Shown here: piece by piece, positions 1 through 11,528 of the stretch
Position numbering within the stretch: position 1 is the first letter of the stretch
Layout: each line of letters begins with the position of its first letter
Assembly (NCBI GenBank): GCA_965200395.1
Contig: CBDAUH010000003.1
Location: 874,398-938,397 of the forward strand
Reading direction: 5' to 3'
DNA: 64,000 nucleotides
DNA from: Candidatus Poribacteria bacterium
GTDB lineage: Bacteria; Poribacteria; WGA-4E; WGA-3G
Program-made: the position numbers and the translations under genes
Notes under the pieces: model-generated
Seen by the model: only the letters and a program-made list of their open reading frames with translations
What the model was told of the DNA's origin: nothing
Databases searched by the model: none

Positions 1-333
1 TCCCCCCATTTCAATAACATTTTTGCCCTCTCTGTTGTGGATGCTGATAAGGCCTTGTTTTTCGCGTGATTCTATTTGAGCAACGATTTTTCTGTCTCCA
101 TTATGGACGGTGATATTGCCTCCTCCGAACGACGACGATATTTCAGCGACTGTGTTTCCTATATCATTGACGACTCTTATTTTTTTACACACGATTTCGT
201 CTATGACGTTGTTTGTGTTGTCTTGTGCATGTGCGGCTGGCGGTTGGTTGTTGCTGAGTGATGCAAGAAAGTACCCTGCAAGTGTGAATAGACATCCGAT
301 AGACATATAGATTATTTTTTGTTTGATATTCAT
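1..333 (-). CDS. Hypothetical secreted protein, 5' part only; the gene runs off the window start
   Basis: Minus-strand ATG at 331-333, followed by an open frame to position 1. The N-terminus MNIKQKIIYMSIGCLFTLAGYFLA looks like a signal peptide. The ORF track does not list it because no stop lies inside the window. Confidence 0.4.
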   Translation of the reverse strand, partial: MNIKQKIIYMSIGCLFTLAGYFLASLSNNQPPAAHAQDNTNNVIDEIVCKKIRVVNDIGNTVAEISSSFGGGNITVHNGDRKIVAQIESREKQGLISIHNREGKNVIEMGG

Positions 334-420
334 TGTTTTTGTCCTTTTGTTTAGCGTTTGAATATGGAAAATCTTGATAGACTTTTAACGTGAGTTTGGA
401 AATAAGACATTTTTTATCCG

Positions 421-447
421 ATGCACAACCTGGAAAGGTTATGCTAC
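421..447. repeat. Palindromic intergenic repeat, family GCAnAAAC-N-GTTTnTGC (copy F)
   Basis: atgcacaacctggaaaggttatgctac; related copies at 6905-6945, 36700-36757, 52160-52200 and 57863-57890. Confidence 0.5.
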
Positions 448-666
448 AAAGATGCTTCATATCAAGGACATCGAACTCACGTAATTGTACGTCTCTGCTT
501 CGCTATTCTACTAATCTTTTTCTACTACAGCCATCTTAGTAATAAGATCGATGAAAGAACTTGGTGACGAGTATTATTATGATACCGATGGCAGCGTGGC
601 AGATTGGTAAATGTGTCAATGGAAGTTAAAGACTAACCGTCAAGACAACACCCTTTTGATTTTTGC

Positions 667-1413
667 CTAAACAACAGGTTTTCGATGTGCTACATAAGGC
701 GGTTCGAGCATCAACTTCTGGTCTTCATCTGCCATCAAATCGCGGAGGGTGTCGTCATATCTGCCTTGTCCCCAAGATGCATGTCCTGGAGAGTATTTGA
801 ACAGAATTGAGCGGCGTTGATGTGTAGCAGTCCATGGTAATGTGCCGTGTGTCAACGCTTCTGTAAAGATAACCGCGTCTCCCGCTTTCTGATGTACTGG
901 TGCCATACAGGTTTTGTTTTCTACTACGGGTCGGAACTGCGGTGGACATGGATAGTTGCTTTTATGGCTACCCGGAATACAGCAGAATCCTCCGTGTCCT
1001 GGAAGCATATCTGTCAATGCCCATGAGACGACGGTTAATCCGTTATACATTCGATCATTTCTGAAGACATAGTACTGCGATGGATCATAGGGGGTGCCGC
1101 CACCGTGGAGTGTTCCACCGGGGTTGCCATCTATCATTAAAATACCGTAGACATGATCGAGTCTAAATTTTGGGCCGACGATCTCTGCTAAACACGGCAT
1201 GATACGTGGGTGGTTAAGTAGATTACGAAATGCGTCATCTTCCCAGCTTAGAAATCCGCCGAATCGTTGGGAATGGATGTTATCATCTGCAGGATCGGGA
1301 TAGTTTTGTGCGTCAATCAGTGCGTTCAATTGCGTAAGTTCATCTTCACCTAGAACAGCTTCTATATTGACATATCCCCACAAGTCAAACAGATATTTTT
1401 CTTCAGCGTTCAT
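667..1413 (-). CDS. Phytanoyl-CoA dioxygenase (PhyH) family Fe(II)/2-oxoglutarate oxygenase
   Basis: PhyH-like sequence with an HxD...H context and LHGGGTPYDPSQY. ATG at 1413 (MNAEEKY); the ORF-track start at 1464 is a likely over-extension. Confidence 0.65.
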   Translation of the reverse strand: MNAEEKYLFDLWGYVNIEAVLGEDELTQLNALIDAQNYPDPADDNIHSQRFGGFLSWEDDAFRNLLNHPRIMPCLAEIVGPKFRLDHVYGILMIDGNPGGTLHGGGTPYDPSQYYVFRNDRMYNGLTVVSWALTDMLPGHGGFCCIPGSHKSNYPCPPQFRPVVENKTCMAPVHQKAGDAVIFTEALTHGTLPWTATHQRRSILFKYSPGHASWGQGRYDDTLRDLMADEDQKLMLEPPYVAHRKPVV

Positions 1414-1432
1414 ACAGACATCTCCGTTGCTT

Positions 1433-1753
1433 TTATTGATGTGGTGAGCGCGAGGTCGGTTCAAGTCGTGTCACAACTATTTTTGATCTATCAATCAGTT
1501 CACCGACTCGTGCTGATATTTCGTTCACCCATCGGTCATCTTCATAAACTGCTGCGTAGAGTTGTTCTCGTTGTTCTTCGCTTTCGAACCGTCGGATCCA
1601 GACATAAAGGTCATCTTCTTCTCCGACGAAGCTTCCGATGACAACCATTCCTTTGGAAATCTGGAACGGTATGACTGTTTCTTCCATGTATTTCACCCAG
1701 TTTTCGTGTTGTCCGGGTTGTGTTCTATATTGCCGTAATTCAAAAAATGCCAT
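1433..1753 (-). CDS. NIPSNAP family protein
   Basis: MAFFELRQYRTQPGQHENWVKYMEE is a typical NIPSNAP N-terminus. An AGGAG ribosome-binding site precedes the ATG at 1753. Confidence 0.6.
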   Translation of the reverse strand: MAFFELRQYRTQPGQHENWVKYMEETVIPFQISKGMVVIGSFVGEEDDLYVWIRRFESEEQREQLYAAVYEDDRWVNEISARVGELIDRSKIVVTRLEPTSRSPHQ

Positions 1754-1856
1754 ATAAATCTCCTTGTTTGAATATGGTAATTAATTGTGATAATATTACC
1801 TTGTATGTAGCTATGGTTAAGAAAATGAGGAAAAAACTTATTCTGTTGTATTGTTC

Positions 1857-2189
1857 TCAAGTGTGTGCTTTACAGTTTTTTGCTAAATCCGTGCGCACAA
1901 TCTTTGCGATTACAGGGCCAATTTCTTGTAGCTTTTCTTCTAGTCCTTTATTTTGAATAGAGACAGTAGAAATGAATGCACCTTTATCTAAATCAATAGG
2001 GAAACCATCTGCTTGTTCAATGCCGTTAAGGGCGTAACGAACTCTCGCCAGGAAAAGCGGCCCATTGCTATCTTCATATTGGAGTTCTACACGAAGGAAT
2101 TCAATAGCATCAATTCCTGGAACACGTCCATCTAAGTCTAGTGTCTTAATTGTGAGTTTAAACGGAGATTTAACTTTGTATTTATTCAT
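1857..2189 (-). CDS. Hypothetical protein
   Basis: 110-aa ORF with ATG at 2189. No recognisable motif. Confidence 0.35.
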   Translation of the reverse strand: MNKYKVKSPFKLTIKTLDLDGRVPGIDAIEFLRVELQYEDSNGPLFLARVRYALNGIEQADGFPIDLDKGAFISTVSIQNKGLEEKLQEIGPVIAKIVRTDLAKNCKAHT

Positions 2190-2223
2190 GAGTATATCCT
2201 ATCAACAAACAAAGATTGTAGAT

Positions 2224-2859
2224 CTAATAGTACACCTCAAAACGATTTACTACAGAACTTGCAGGTAAGTTACCACAGATAAGTATTTCAGCATCTCTTA
2301 ATACTCTTACAAGTGTCTCCAATTCAATTGTAAGGTTCGGTGTCCTTGGAGTGCCTTCACTTGATGGCGGTTGCATTGAGTGCTGCTCCAAAAAGTGTCC
2401 CATGTTGCTTGGATCGACAATACCAAGCAAAAAATCAGGAAAACCATCATGTTGGTAAGGTGGCCCGAGGCTTGTTGGAGAAGGTAGGGTATTTGCGACT
2501 TCTTTGACTGGATCTAAAAGTTCTAAACCTTGTGGCAGTGGTTCTTGTATTTCAATTTCATGCACATACGCAGGTTCATTTGCGGTAGGGACTCTTACGC
2601 TACTCAACATAGCGTATCGCCACGCAACTGCATAAGATCGTGTGATAGAAATGAAGGGGCTGTTAACAGTACTTCGAGCAATATGTAACATCAACCGAGT
2701 TATTGTAGGTGTCATTTCAGGGGCCCTTGCTGTAAAACCATTTTGTATTGGGTCATTTATGTGCCAATAAGTACCAATACCTGATCCGCGATAGAATATC
2801 GCCATAAATCCTATATTCCGTTCTCGTTTACTGTACCACCCATTTTGTCTATGTGTCAA
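2224..2859 (-). CDS. Hypothetical protein (start uncertain: TTG at 2859 or ATG at 2805)
   Basis: 211-aa ORF downstream of 1857-2189 on the same strand. No recognisable motif. Confidence 0.35.
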   Translation of the reverse strand: MTHRQNGWYSKRERNIGFMAIFYRGSGIGTYWHINDPIQNGFTARAPEMTPTITRLMLHIARSTVNSPFISITRSYAVAWRYAMLSSVRVPTANEPAYVHEIEIQEPLPQGLELLDPVKEVANTLPSPTSLGPPYQHDGFPDFLLGIVDPSNMGHFLEQHSMQPPSSEGTPRTPNLTIELETLVRVLRDAEILICGNLPASSVVNRFEVYY

Positions 2860-2965
2860 GTGGATTTTAGAGTAGAATGGGTAATACTATTTCAAAATTG
2901 GAATCACAATCTAGGTTTGTGAAATACTGTGTTTGATGCTAAAAGAATTATAAGGCAGCTCGGCA

Positions 2966-5900
2966 CTATAATCGATCGTAACCGTAACCGTTACCGGTTA
3001 TCTCGAAGAGAGCGGATGCGGCGAGGAAATGGATATCTGCATCGGTGTCTTCTAAAACTGTCTCCAGAATTTGTGTTGAGCTTTCGTTTTTTGCGTCACC
3101 GAGTGATCTGATGATATCGATCCTGAATGCCCGTTCAGTTTGTTCAGCATGCAGTTCGGTCAACTTTGCCGTGAGTGCGGAAACTGCTTTGTTGTCAGCG
3201 ATTTTGCCGAGTGCGCGTGCAGCATCTCTCCGTATTTCAATATGGTTGTCATCATTGTTCATGATTTGAATGAGCAGGTCGGTGGTAGTAATATCCGCAA
3301 GTTCACCTAATGCCTGTGTTGCTAATCTTCGGACATCTTTATTGTCTTCATTTTCTCCGTTTGCAACAAGGACAAGGTCTGGTAGCAGAGCAACTGTCCC
3401 TGTTTCCCCGATTTTCCGTGCGGTATCTTTACGGGTATCTACATCTGGGTCGGCAAGTGCTTCTCTCATCTGTGCTACGTCGAGTGACCGTGCGCGTGCC
3501 AACGCAACAGATGCTGCATTTCTAATGGGGTTACCTTCCCATTTGTCATCTGAACGTACTTGCATTTTTTCGGCAATGAATTCGGGTAGGTTCAGTTTTT
3601 TTGCGGATCTGACAATTATTTCCCAACTCCAATTTCTTTTAAGATCATTGAGTGCTAAGTTGCGTCTATTTCCGGCATCTTCAAGTGCGACGATATATTC
3701 GGTGTCATCAACGATGTGATTAGCAAGAGCGTTTGTTGCTTCAGTTCCCTCAATTGCTCCGAGTGCTACTGCAGCTTTGGTACGTGGGGAGGCATTTGCC
3801 AATACTGCAGTGCTGGCATCTAAAGGGATTCGTTTGTCCTCCAAGATTGCGATTAGGCGGGGGACGGCTTTTGTGCTTCCTAATTTTCCGAGTGCAGTGA
3901 TTGCATTGTTGGAGATATTACCGATTCGGATGTCAATTGCGCGGATAAGGAGGTTCTCAGATGCGGTATCGCCGATGTTTCCGAGAGCAGTGACAGCAGT
4001 GGCACGGATAATATCTGTCTCTAACTGATTTTCCACCATTTCGCTCAGTTTCGGAACAGCCTTTACGTCTTTTATACTTCCCAAGGCAGCGACTGCTTGT
4101 AACCGAACAGCACTGTTTTCATCATTCAGTGCATTGCGGAGTGCAGTTGCTGATCGTTCGTCCCGAAGTGCATTCAACGAGGCAGCTGCGGCAGCCCGAA
4201 TAGAGACTGATTCATCCTGATTATTAAGAACTTCAATCAAAGGTTCCACTGTTTTTCGGTCTTTAAATCCGCCAAGTCGAGTTACTGCTTCCTTTCTTAT
4301 CACATAACTTGGATTTTCCAATTCAGCGAGTATTGTGTCTAATGCGGAGGCATGATGTATTACGCCGAGCATATAGACGATTGCCCAGTGCGTCCATTCG
4401 TCGTCAGCGGATTTGAGAGCGTCAAGCAGGAGATTGGTTGTTGTTTCATCTCCATTTTTAATGAGTGCGCCGATAATCTCGTTTTGGACAGATTGAACTT
4501 CATGTCCGTCTTCGTAGCTGCCACGTCCTTTTTTAACGATGTCAACAAGTCCTTTATCGACAAGTGTTGGGCTTATTTCATAAAGTGCTTTTGTTGCTTC
4601 GAGGCGTGCGGTTTCATACTTATCATTTCTGATAATATCGAGTAGCGGGTCAGCACTTTTTGTTGATTTGATTGTGCCTAATGCGATTGCTGCTTCTTGT
4701 CGCACGACTCCTTGTTTGTCCTTTTTGAGTGCAGTAATCAATGCATCGACGGCAGTATCGCCGCCGACTCTGCCGAGTGCCCATGCAGCACTGCGTCGGA
4801 CAGTTGCGCGTTGGTCATCTGCTAAGGCGTTCACAAGTGGGTCTACAACGGTATCACCTTTGAAAATACCGAGTGTGCGTGCAACTTCGCTTCGTACGAG
4901 ACTGGGAATGGGCTTAAGTTCGCCCCAAATACGATAATAGGGGCGTGGATAATCTGCAGTCCATTCAATATTCAGAGAATCGAGGTGTGTCCTGAGGGCA
5001 TCAAGGGTTTTATACTTCCGTTTCATGTGTCGCTGAAAATCTGATATATCATCAAATTGCATGGACAGTACCCAAAATAGGATTGGGAGTGTGTCTGTGT
5101 CTTTTATGCGGCTGAGTACCTTTACGGCATCTGCTCGGATAACAGCGCTTGTTTCATCGTTTAGCATCAGCAATAGCATCGGTTGGGTGGCATCTGCAGG
5201 TTTTAGCTGCCATAAAGCATTGATCGCAGCGGATCGCACTGTTTCTCGACGCAATTTATCCATTGAGATCGCGATCAACTTATGTATTGTTTCTTCTGAG
5301 GGAACATTTATTTTTCCGAGTGCTTCTGCAGCTTGCGTAACTGTTGTATCATCCAGTTGAAGGGCATCGGTAAGTGCGGTCACGGCAGTGTTATTGTGTC
5401 CACGTGCGTACATGTTGCCGAGCCCTTTTGCGGCAATAGCCTTGATCTCTTTGCTGGCATCATCCGTTAAGATGTCAATAAACAGTGGTATTGCCCGGCG
5501 ATCTCCTATTGTGCTCAGTGCGTTTGCGGACTCCAGCTGTATGCGGTGTTCGTCGGTTTGTAGTGCATTTATAAGTGGTGGTACTGCTAAACCGCGCATT
5601 GAAGTTAGCGCGGTGAAAGCTGCACCTTTCAGGTCTTCGTCTGCGAGAAGTTGAATTATAGGCAGTACCGCTGATTCAGCTCTGAGTCTTCCCAGAGTAT
5701 CAATTGCAGCGGATTGTGCGCGTAAGCGATATTTTTTCATCCATGCATCATCAATATAAGCACTGGCGATATAACGGTATTGATCAGAATAACCGTTGTC
5801 TACATCAGGAATAATGTTATGGGCGCGTGTTTCAAGTACTGCTAAAAGTGAGGGGATAGCGGGTTGACCAATTCTGTTAAGGGCATCTATTGCTGTATTT

Positions 5901-6820
5901 TGTACATAACTATTGGAATCTGCCAGAAGTTTGATGAGATCATCAACGGCTGCTTGTGCTTGGAGTTTGCCGAGAAGTTTTGCGGCATGCATCCGTACCT
6001 GTGCATTGTTGTTCCTCGTTGCTAACTGAAGGATAGGTACTATTTCGGCATTCGGTTGGAATTTGGGTTGACAAAGTTCACCGATAGCGACGATGGTGCT
6101 GTAAGAAACTTCGGGGGTTTCATCCGTTTTCGTGAGGATTGATTTGTATATTGGTATGAGTTCACTGTTTTGTAAAGTGCCTAATTCGCGAATTGCTGCT
6201 TTTCTTATCTGTGGGTCTTGGTGTAGGATGGCATCTTTTAAGAGCGTTGCAAAGTTTGAGCCTGCCTCTGTGTGGCTTCGTAGTTGTTCCAACAGTTGTT
6301 TAACTGATTGGATAACGGCGGGTTGGTAGCATTTCTGTGCTTCCAAAAGTCCAGTTACGACTACTGCATTGGGTCTCTTTGCTAGATCCGAGAGCAGGTC
6401 AGCGCGTTTTTCAACTGCCATTGTGAGGGTAATTGCCAATAATCCGGATATAGAGTTTCGAGATCTGATAAGTCGTTCCTGTTGGTCGAGCTCATCTGAA
6501 TCTGGGTCTTCCAAAGTTGAAATTGCCTGAATATTAGTATTCAACGTTTCAAGATGTGTCAATGCTTGTTCGATGGCTTGATGCCAGCTATTTGTATCAG
6601 TGCTGTTTTGCAGTTGAAGTAGGCGGTTAAGATGGACTGCTTCCTGAATTTTTGAATTGTTGGCGAGGGATTTTTGTACTGCAGATTCTGCTGCAACGTA
6701 ATCTCCTTGGACGATTGCTTTTCGTGCTGAGAGGATTAATTTATCTTCTTTTTTACCGCATCCGCTAAGCAATGCGACACAAAGAACGAAATGGATACAG
6801 ATAATAAGGAAGTGTTTCAT
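2966..6820 (-). CDS. HEAT-repeat (PBS-lyase-like) lipoprotein, about 1284 aa
   Basis: Dozens of repeats of the form VRxxAAxALGxIGxxxAVxxLIxxLxD. ATG at 6820 gives MKHFLIICIHFVLCVALLSGC, a signal peptide with a lipobox. The ORF-track N-terminal extension is rejected. Confidence 0.8.
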   Translation of the reverse strand: MKHFLIICIHFVLCVALLSGCGKKEDKLILSARKAIVQGDYVAAESAVQKSLANNSKIQEAVHLNRLLQLQNSTDTNSWHQAIEQALTHLETLNTNIQAISTLEDPDSDELDQQERLIRSRNSISGLLAITLTMAVEKRADLLSDLAKRPNAVVVTGLLEAQKCYQPAVIQSVKQLLEQLRSHTEAGSNFATLLKDAILHQDPQIRKAAIRELGTLQNSELIPIYKSILTKTDETPEVSYSTIVAIGELCQPKFQPNAEIVPILQLATRNNNAQVRMHAAKLLGKLQAQAAVDDLIKLLADSNSYVQNTAIDALNRIGQPAIPSLLAVLETRAHNIIPDVDNGYSDQYRYIASAYIDDAWMKKYRLRAQSAAIDTLGRLRAESAVLPIIQLLADEDLKGAAFTALTSMRGLAVPPLINALQTDEHRIQLESANALSTIGDRRAIPLFIDILTDDASKEIKAIAAKGLGNMYARGHNNTAVTALTDALQLDDTTVTQAAEALGKINVPSEETIHKLIAISMDKLRRETVRSAAINALWQLKPADATQPMLLLMLNDETSAVIRADAVKVLSRIKDTDTLPILFWVLSMQFDDISDFQRHMKRKYKTLDALRTHLDSLNIEWTADYPRPYYRIWGELKPIPSLVRSEVARTLGIFKGDTVVDPLVNALADDQRATVRRSAAWALGRVGGDTAVDALITALKKDKQGVVRQEAAIALGTIKSTKSADPLLDIIRNDKYETARLEATKALYEISPTLVDKGLVDIVKKGRGSYEDGHEVQSVQNEIIGALIKNGDETTTNLLLDALKSADDEWTHWAIVYMLGVIHHASALDTILAELENPSYVIRKEAVTRLGGFKDRKTVEPLIEVLNNQDESVSIRAAAAASLNALRDERSATALRNALNDENSAVRLQAVAALGSIKDVKAVPKLSEMVENQLETDIIRATAVTALGNIGDTASENLLIRAIDIRIGNISNNAITALGKLGSTKAVPRLIAILEDKRIPLDASTAVLANASPRTKAAVALGAIEGTEATNALANHIVDDTEYIVALEDAGNRRNLALNDLKRNWSWEIIVRSAKKLNLPEFIAEKMQVRSDDKWEGNPIRNAASVALARARSLDVAQMREALADPDVDTRKDTARKIGETGTVALLPDLVLVANGENEDNKDVRRLATQALGELADITTTDLLIQIMNNDDNHIEIRRDAARALGKIADNKAVSALTAKLTELHAEQTERAFRIDIIRSLGDAKNESSTQILETVLEDTDADIHFLAASALFEITGNGYGYDRL

Positions 6821-6904
6821 AGGCAAATATGTCGCGTTGGTTTTCTCACTCATTTGTTTTATTCTATAATATGAAGGATATTTTGTAGCGAAAGCTGTTA
6901 GTTT

Positions 6905-6945
6905 TTGCATCCGTGGAACGCAAACTGACAGTTTGCTCTACAAAG
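6905..6945. repeat. Palindromic repeat, copy A (perfect 17-mer GCAAACTGACAGTTTGC at 6920-6936)
   Basis: About 100 bp upstream of the HEAT lipoprotein start. It is the inverted counterpart of the copy at 36700-36722. Confidence 0.55.
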
Positions 6946-6998
6946 ATTGTTTATACCGAACTCACGTTACAATATAACCATAATTGTGAGGGACAGGT

Positions 6999-9900
6999 CT
7001 ACTCTCCGGCAATTACCAATTTTGTCAAATCGGCTACGGCATAGATATGTTTTGCTATACGATTTAGCAACGCTAATCTATTTCTGCGAAGGTCAATGTC
7101 TTCAGCCATGACAAGAACATCGTCAAAGAACTTATCTATTGTGGGTTGCAGTTCTGCTAACTGTTTCAAAAGTTCTGCGTATTCTCTTGCCTGGATGCTT
7201 TTCTTAAGGTTAGGTTCTGCTTCGGTGATATGAGCGTTTATTTTTTTTTCTGCATCATCTTTTAGCAATTTAGTATCTACAGTTTCTGGTGCATTTTCAG
7301 GCAATATTCTAAGTACTCGGTTGAGTGCATTATATACTTCTTCAAAATTGGGTGTCAAGCGAAATTCGGCAAGTCCGTTTACCCGTTTGAGGATATCCGT
7401 AATATCGACATCACCGACCGCCAAGATTGCATCGGCGAGGTCAGGGGTGTATCCTTGTGTCTGCAAGATAACGCGTAAGCGTTCTTTGATGAAATTGAGC
7501 ACACTTGTTTTTGTGTCGACAGACAATTCCATGTCATATAGTGAGATGGCTTTTTCTACTACTGCATCTAACGAGAGTGGAAGTTGTAGATCTTGTAGGA
7601 TACGTATTGTGCCGAGGGCATGTCGTCGTAAGGAGTATGGGTCTTGTGATCCTGTAGGCTGTTCTTCTATTCCGAAGTATCCGGCTATGGTGTCAATTTT
7701 GTCAGCGACAGCAAGTATTGCGCCGGCTTCGGTTTCGGGCAGCGGTGTATCCGCACCCAATGGTTGATAATGTTCAGCGATGGCATCTGCTACCTCTGCA
7801 GTTTCACCGGAATTTTGAGCGTAGTACCGTCCTGTAATTCCTTGTAGTGATGGGAATTCTATGACCATTTGGGTGGTTAAATCTGCTTTACAGAGCCAAG
7901 CTGCGCGTTCTGCGTGATGCATGGTTGTGTCCGATAACTTCAATTCTGTGGTAATAAACTTCACCAATGCCTTTATACGATTTGCCTTGTCTAATAACGA
8001 TCCGAGTTTAGCATGAAAGACGACTGCCGCTAAACGTTCAACTTTATCAGCAAGTTTTGTTTTCTGATCTTCACTATAGAAGAACTCAGCATCGTTAAGG
8101 CGTGCATGTAGCACACGTTCATTACCGTGCCGAACACCGTCAATATTGCCATCTGTACTGTTGGAGATGGTAATGAATTTTGGTGCAAGTTCATTATTGC
8201 TTTTCCACATTGGAAAATACCGTAGATGCTTTTTCATTGCTGTAATCAGCACTTCAGGCGGTATTTCCAGATGTGACTCACTGAAATTCCCGACAATTGG
8301 TTGTGGATTTTCTACGAGATAGTTCACCGTATCTAACAATTCTTCATCTATTACAGGCAAACATCCTTCGGATTCTAAGACGGTTCTCACCTGTTTTTCT
8401 ATGGTATTGTGTCGTTGTTTTGGGCAAACGATAACATCAATTTCTTGCAGTTTCTGAATATAGGTATCCACGTCTGACGATGCTAAAGTGATAGGTTCGG
8501 GATGCAGCGATCGATGTCCATAAGTGATTCGATCTGCGTGCGCTGCTCCGTAAGTACAGTTGACTACTGTATCTCCGAGGAGTGCCACAAGCCAACGAAT
8601 TGGGCGGGCAAAACGGGCAAATGCTTTCGGTTCTTCAGGCTTTGTTTCCCATCGCATTGTTTTAGGAAAACGGAGTTCTTCAACCCATTCAGGCAAGAGT
8701 GTTTTCAGCAGTTCGAATGTTGATATTCCCTTTTCGAGTTTGGAGACAGCGATGTATTCTCCTCGTTCGGTTTCAACGATGCGGATGTCGGAAAGTTCAA
8801 TATTTTGTGATTTTGCAAAGCCGATGGCTGCCTTTGTTGGTTCTCCGCTTTCATCATAGGCGATGCTTTTTGGCGGTCCAACGATTTCTGTCTCTTGACT
8901 TTCCTGTAAAGTCCTAACATCTTTGATACTCAGTGTAATCCGTCTCGGTGTGCCGAAGGTCTGAATGTCTCCAAACGGAATTCTGTGTTCTGCAAGGGAC
9001 TTCGTTGCAATATCACGAAGTTGGTCAAGGGCGGGCGGTACATAACTTGCGGGGATCTCCTCTGTGCCGATTTCGAAGAGAAGGTCTGCGGATTCATGAG
9101 GCGTAGAAATCTTAACTGTTTCTGTGGGTTTAGTTTCAACAGGTAATGATTCTGTGGTAAAGCGCCCCAACAAAGGATGCCCCATCTCTTCGCGTTGTGT
9201 GACATAAGCGCGTGCAATACGTTGTGCAAGTCGTCGGACGCGTTCAATATAATTCACCCGTTCCGTTACACTGATAACACCCCGTGCATCCAGCATATTA
9301 AAAGTGTGGGAGCACTTCAAGACATGGTCGGTTGCGGGAAGGACTAAACCGGCATCTAAACACGTGTGTGTTTCCTTTTCATAAGTGCTAAATTGGTCAA
9401 ACAGCATGTCTACGTTGGCATGTTCGAAGTTGTAGGTTGAGTATTCTACCTCGCTTTGATGATGGACATCTTGGTAGTTCAGGTGTTCATTCCAACGGAT
9501 ATCGAAAAAGGTGTCAACATCCTGCAGATAGAGTGCGATACGTTCGAGTCCGTAGGTGATTTCGGCACAGATTGGGGCGAGGTCTATGCTGCCCATCTGT
9601 TGGAAGTATGTGAATTGTGTGACTTCTGCGCCATTCCACCATACTTCCCAGCCGAGTCCGGATGCGCCGAGTGTGGGTGATTCCCAGTCGTCTTCTACGA
9701 AGCGAATATCGTTTTTACGGGGAGAGATGCCGAGATGGTAAAGACTTTGGAGATAAAGTGGTAGTACGTTTTCTGGTGCTGGTTTTAGTAGGACTTGGTA
9801 TTGGTAGTATGCGCCGAGGCGGAAGGGGTTTTGTGCGTATCTGCCGTCGGTGGGTCTCCTGACAGGTTCTACGTACGCGGCGTTCCATGGTTCTGGGCCG

Positions 9901-10028
9901 AGGCATCGTAAAAATGTGGCGGGGTTAAATGTCCCTGCTCCGACTTCTATATCGCAGGGTTGTTGAATGATACATCCGTGTTCTGCCCAAAATTTTTCTA
10001 GTGCTAATATTATTTCTTGAAAGGTCAT
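6999..10028 (-). CDS. glyQS: Glycine--tRNA ligase, fused alpha-beta subunits
   Basis: The N-terminus from [21 protein letters not shown] matches GlyQ alpha; the long beta-like remainder follows in one frame. ATG at 10026-10028. The 10415 start in the ORF track is an over-extension into the IS-flanking repeat. Confidence 0.85.
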   Translation of the reverse strand: MTFQEIILALEKFWAEHGCIIQQPCDIEVGAGTFNPATFLRCLGPEPWNAAYVEPVRRPTDGRYAQNPFRLGAYYQYQVLLKPAPENVLPLYLQSLYHLGISPRKNDIRFVEDDWESPTLGASGLGWEVWWNGAEVTQFTYFQQMGSIDLAPICAEITYGLERIALYLQDVDTFFDIRWNEHLNYQDVHHQSEVEYSTYNFEHANVDMLFDQFSTYEKETHTCLDAGLVLPATDHVLKCSHTFNMLDARGVISVTERVNYIERVRRLAQRIARAYVTQREEMGHPLLGRFTTESLPVETKPTETVKISTPHESADLLFEIGTEEIPASYVPPALDQLRDIATKSLAEHRIPFGDIQTFGTPRRITLSIKDVRTLQESQETEIVGPPKSIAYDESGEPTKAAIGFAKSQNIELSDIRIVETERGEYIAVSKLEKGISTFELLKTLLPEWVEELRFPKTMRWETKPEEPKAFARFARPIRWLVALLGDTVVNCTYGAAHADRITYGHRSLHPEPITLASSDVDTYIQKLQEIDVIVCPKQRHNTIEKQVRTVLESEGCLPVIDEELLDTVNYLVENPQPIVGNFSESHLEIPPEVLITAMKKHLRYFPMWKSNNELAPKFITISNSTDGNIDGVRHGNERVLHARLNDAEFFYSEDQKTKLADKVERLAAVVFHAKLGSLLDKANRIKALVKFITTELKLSDTTMHHAERAAWLCKADLTTQMVIEFPSLQGITGRYYAQNSGETAEVADAIAEHYQPLGADTPLPETEAGAILAVADKIDTIAGYFGIEEQPTGSQDPYSLRRHALGTIRILQDLQLPLSLDAVVEKAISLYDMELSVDTKTSVLNFIKERLRVILQTQGYTPDLADAILAVGDVDITDILKRVNGLAEFRLTPNFEEVYNALNRVLRILPENAPETVDTKLLKDDAEKKINAHITEAEPNLKKSIQAREYAELLKQLAELQPTIDKFFDDVLVMAEDIDLRRNRLALLNRIAKHIYAVADLTKLVIAGE

Positions 10029-10189
10029 ATTTGTTTGTTGTTGTCCGCTCCGTTTCTGTTGGTTGATTCGGGTAATTATTATAGCACAATGGAATTGGTT
10101 AATCAACGAATTTTCAGATGCCTCATTTACCCCCTTTATCCTCCCGCAGGCGGGGGGAGATAAGAATGGATGGAAGAGACCCCCCTTTA

Positions 10190-11528
10190 TCCCGCACTTA
10201 CCCCCATTTTTTTTTTGAATGCGTGTGTAGTTGTGTTCATAGGTCTCCAATGTTGTCATGTCAGTTCTTCTGCGGTGAGAAAGTTTATATCTCTCAAACA
10301 AGTCCTCTCGGTGAACAAGAGCAACGCCTCCTGCGTCCACACCTCGCGGATCATACGGTTGATGACACTGATCACGGAGTAAACTTTCCGCGTAGGGTGT
10401 AAAGTTTTTGCCCATCTGTCCGCAGCTTTTTCATAACACAGGAACGCCAAACCATAAGCCACGACTGCCAACAAAAACAGAACTTCCATCCGGGGCTGTT
10501 CGTTCTTTCTCAAAACGAGTGCTTTGAAACCGAAGTTCGTTTTCAAGTCTCTGAACCCGTGTTCAATCTGTGTCCGCCGCTTGTAGCAAGTTCGCAGGGG
10601 GTTCCCCTGAAGCCGATTGGAGATAAGATATAACGGGTCTTTCTTGGTGTGCTGTCCCCCAACATAGAGTGCCACAGGCACCTGCTCCGTGTAGTGATAA
10701 AGCACTTGTGGGTAAAAACCATTTGCCACTTCTTCAAGGCACTGCTTGTTGCCTGCTATACGCACACCAACATTGCGTGGCACACGCATCAAGTAGCAGA
10801 TGCCTTGCCCCTCAAAAAACTTGAGGATCGCTCTCGCTCGGGCGAACCCTCTGTCAAAAACCAACACAGGCTCCCGACTATCCCCTAACACTTTAACAAC
10901 GCGACTATGGACATCACAACAGAACTGCTGAACTAAATCGTTATGTCCTTGATAGGTGCCATCTTTGAGCATCTCATTTTTATACAGAACCCAATAGAGC
11001 GGGATCGCACGATTGCGAAACGGAAGGGCTGCAACAATCGCCTTCCATCCGCCCGGTAAATCTGTCTCGTCTATCAGCACAAGCAGATGCTGCATCCCCA
11101 CAGAACGACACACACTGACAACTATATGTGACAACCAAGCACCCTTCACCGCTGCAACCGGAAAATAGGTGTCAATAAACCGCAACACACGCTTTTGCTT
11201 AGACTTGTCGTGTTTCACACGGATAGGTAGATGTGAGGCAATCGATTGAATACGAAAACTTGGGGCTACACACACAGCCTGTAGCATCAAATAAAAGTTG
11301 CGGAGCGTCGGTTTTTTGATACAAACCCCGTTGAAAACTTTACGAAAACCTGTTATAATCTTTCTGGGATGTACCCAGCTAAGGGTATATTTCATAAGAA
11401 TACCTCCCTGCCGGTTTTTCACCGACATTATTTTATATGGAGGTATTCTACCATAACCCATCAGACTTTCCAACTTATTTCTATACACACACACGCCTAC
11501 ACATACCGCATACAAAAATGGGGGTAAG
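10190..11528 (-). mobile_element. IS4-family insertion sequence
   Basis: DDE transposase ORF flanked by roughly 12-bp terminal inverted repeats: cacttaccccca at 10194-10205 and tgggggtaagtg at 11514-11525. The element sits inside an array of GC-rich palindromic units (CCCGCAGGCGGGG). Confidence 0.6.
10256..11395 (-). CDS. IS4-family DDE transposase
   Basis: [15 protein letters not shown] is a Y-x2-R-x3-E-x6-K signature. ATG at 11395 is preceded by a GGGAGG ribosome-binding site. Confidence 0.75.
   Translation of the reverse strand: MKYTLSWVHPRKIITGFRKVFNGVCIKKPTLRNFYLMLQAVCVAPSFRIQSIASHLPIRVKHDKSKQKRVLRFIDTYFPVAAVKGAWLSHIVVSVCRSVGMQHLLVLIDETDLPGGWKAIVAALPFRNRAIPLYWVLYKNEMLKDGTYQGHNDLVQQFCCDVHSRVVKVLGDSREPVLVFDRGFARARAILKFFEGQGICYLMRVPRNVGVRIAGNKQCLEEVANGFYPQVLYHYTEQVPVALYVGGQHTKKDPLYLISNRLQGNPLRTCYKRRTQIEHGFRDLKTNFGFKALVLRKNEQPRMEVLFLLAVVAYGLAFLCYEKAADRWAKTLHPTRKVYSVISVINRMIREVWTQEALLLFTERTCLRDINFLTAEELT

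Noticed and set aside
3045-6329. Multiple plus-strand ORFs of 60-150 aa inside the HEAT-repeat gene (for example 3270-3719, 4352-4645, 5061-5360)
   Set aside because: These are antisense shadow ORFs within a long, well-supported minus-strand repeat protein. They show low complexity and Ser/Ala-rich translations typical of reverse-frame artefacts.
7321-9906. Small ORFs on both strands within glyQS
   Set aside because: They lie inside a strongly supported tRNA synthetase ORF with no independent support.
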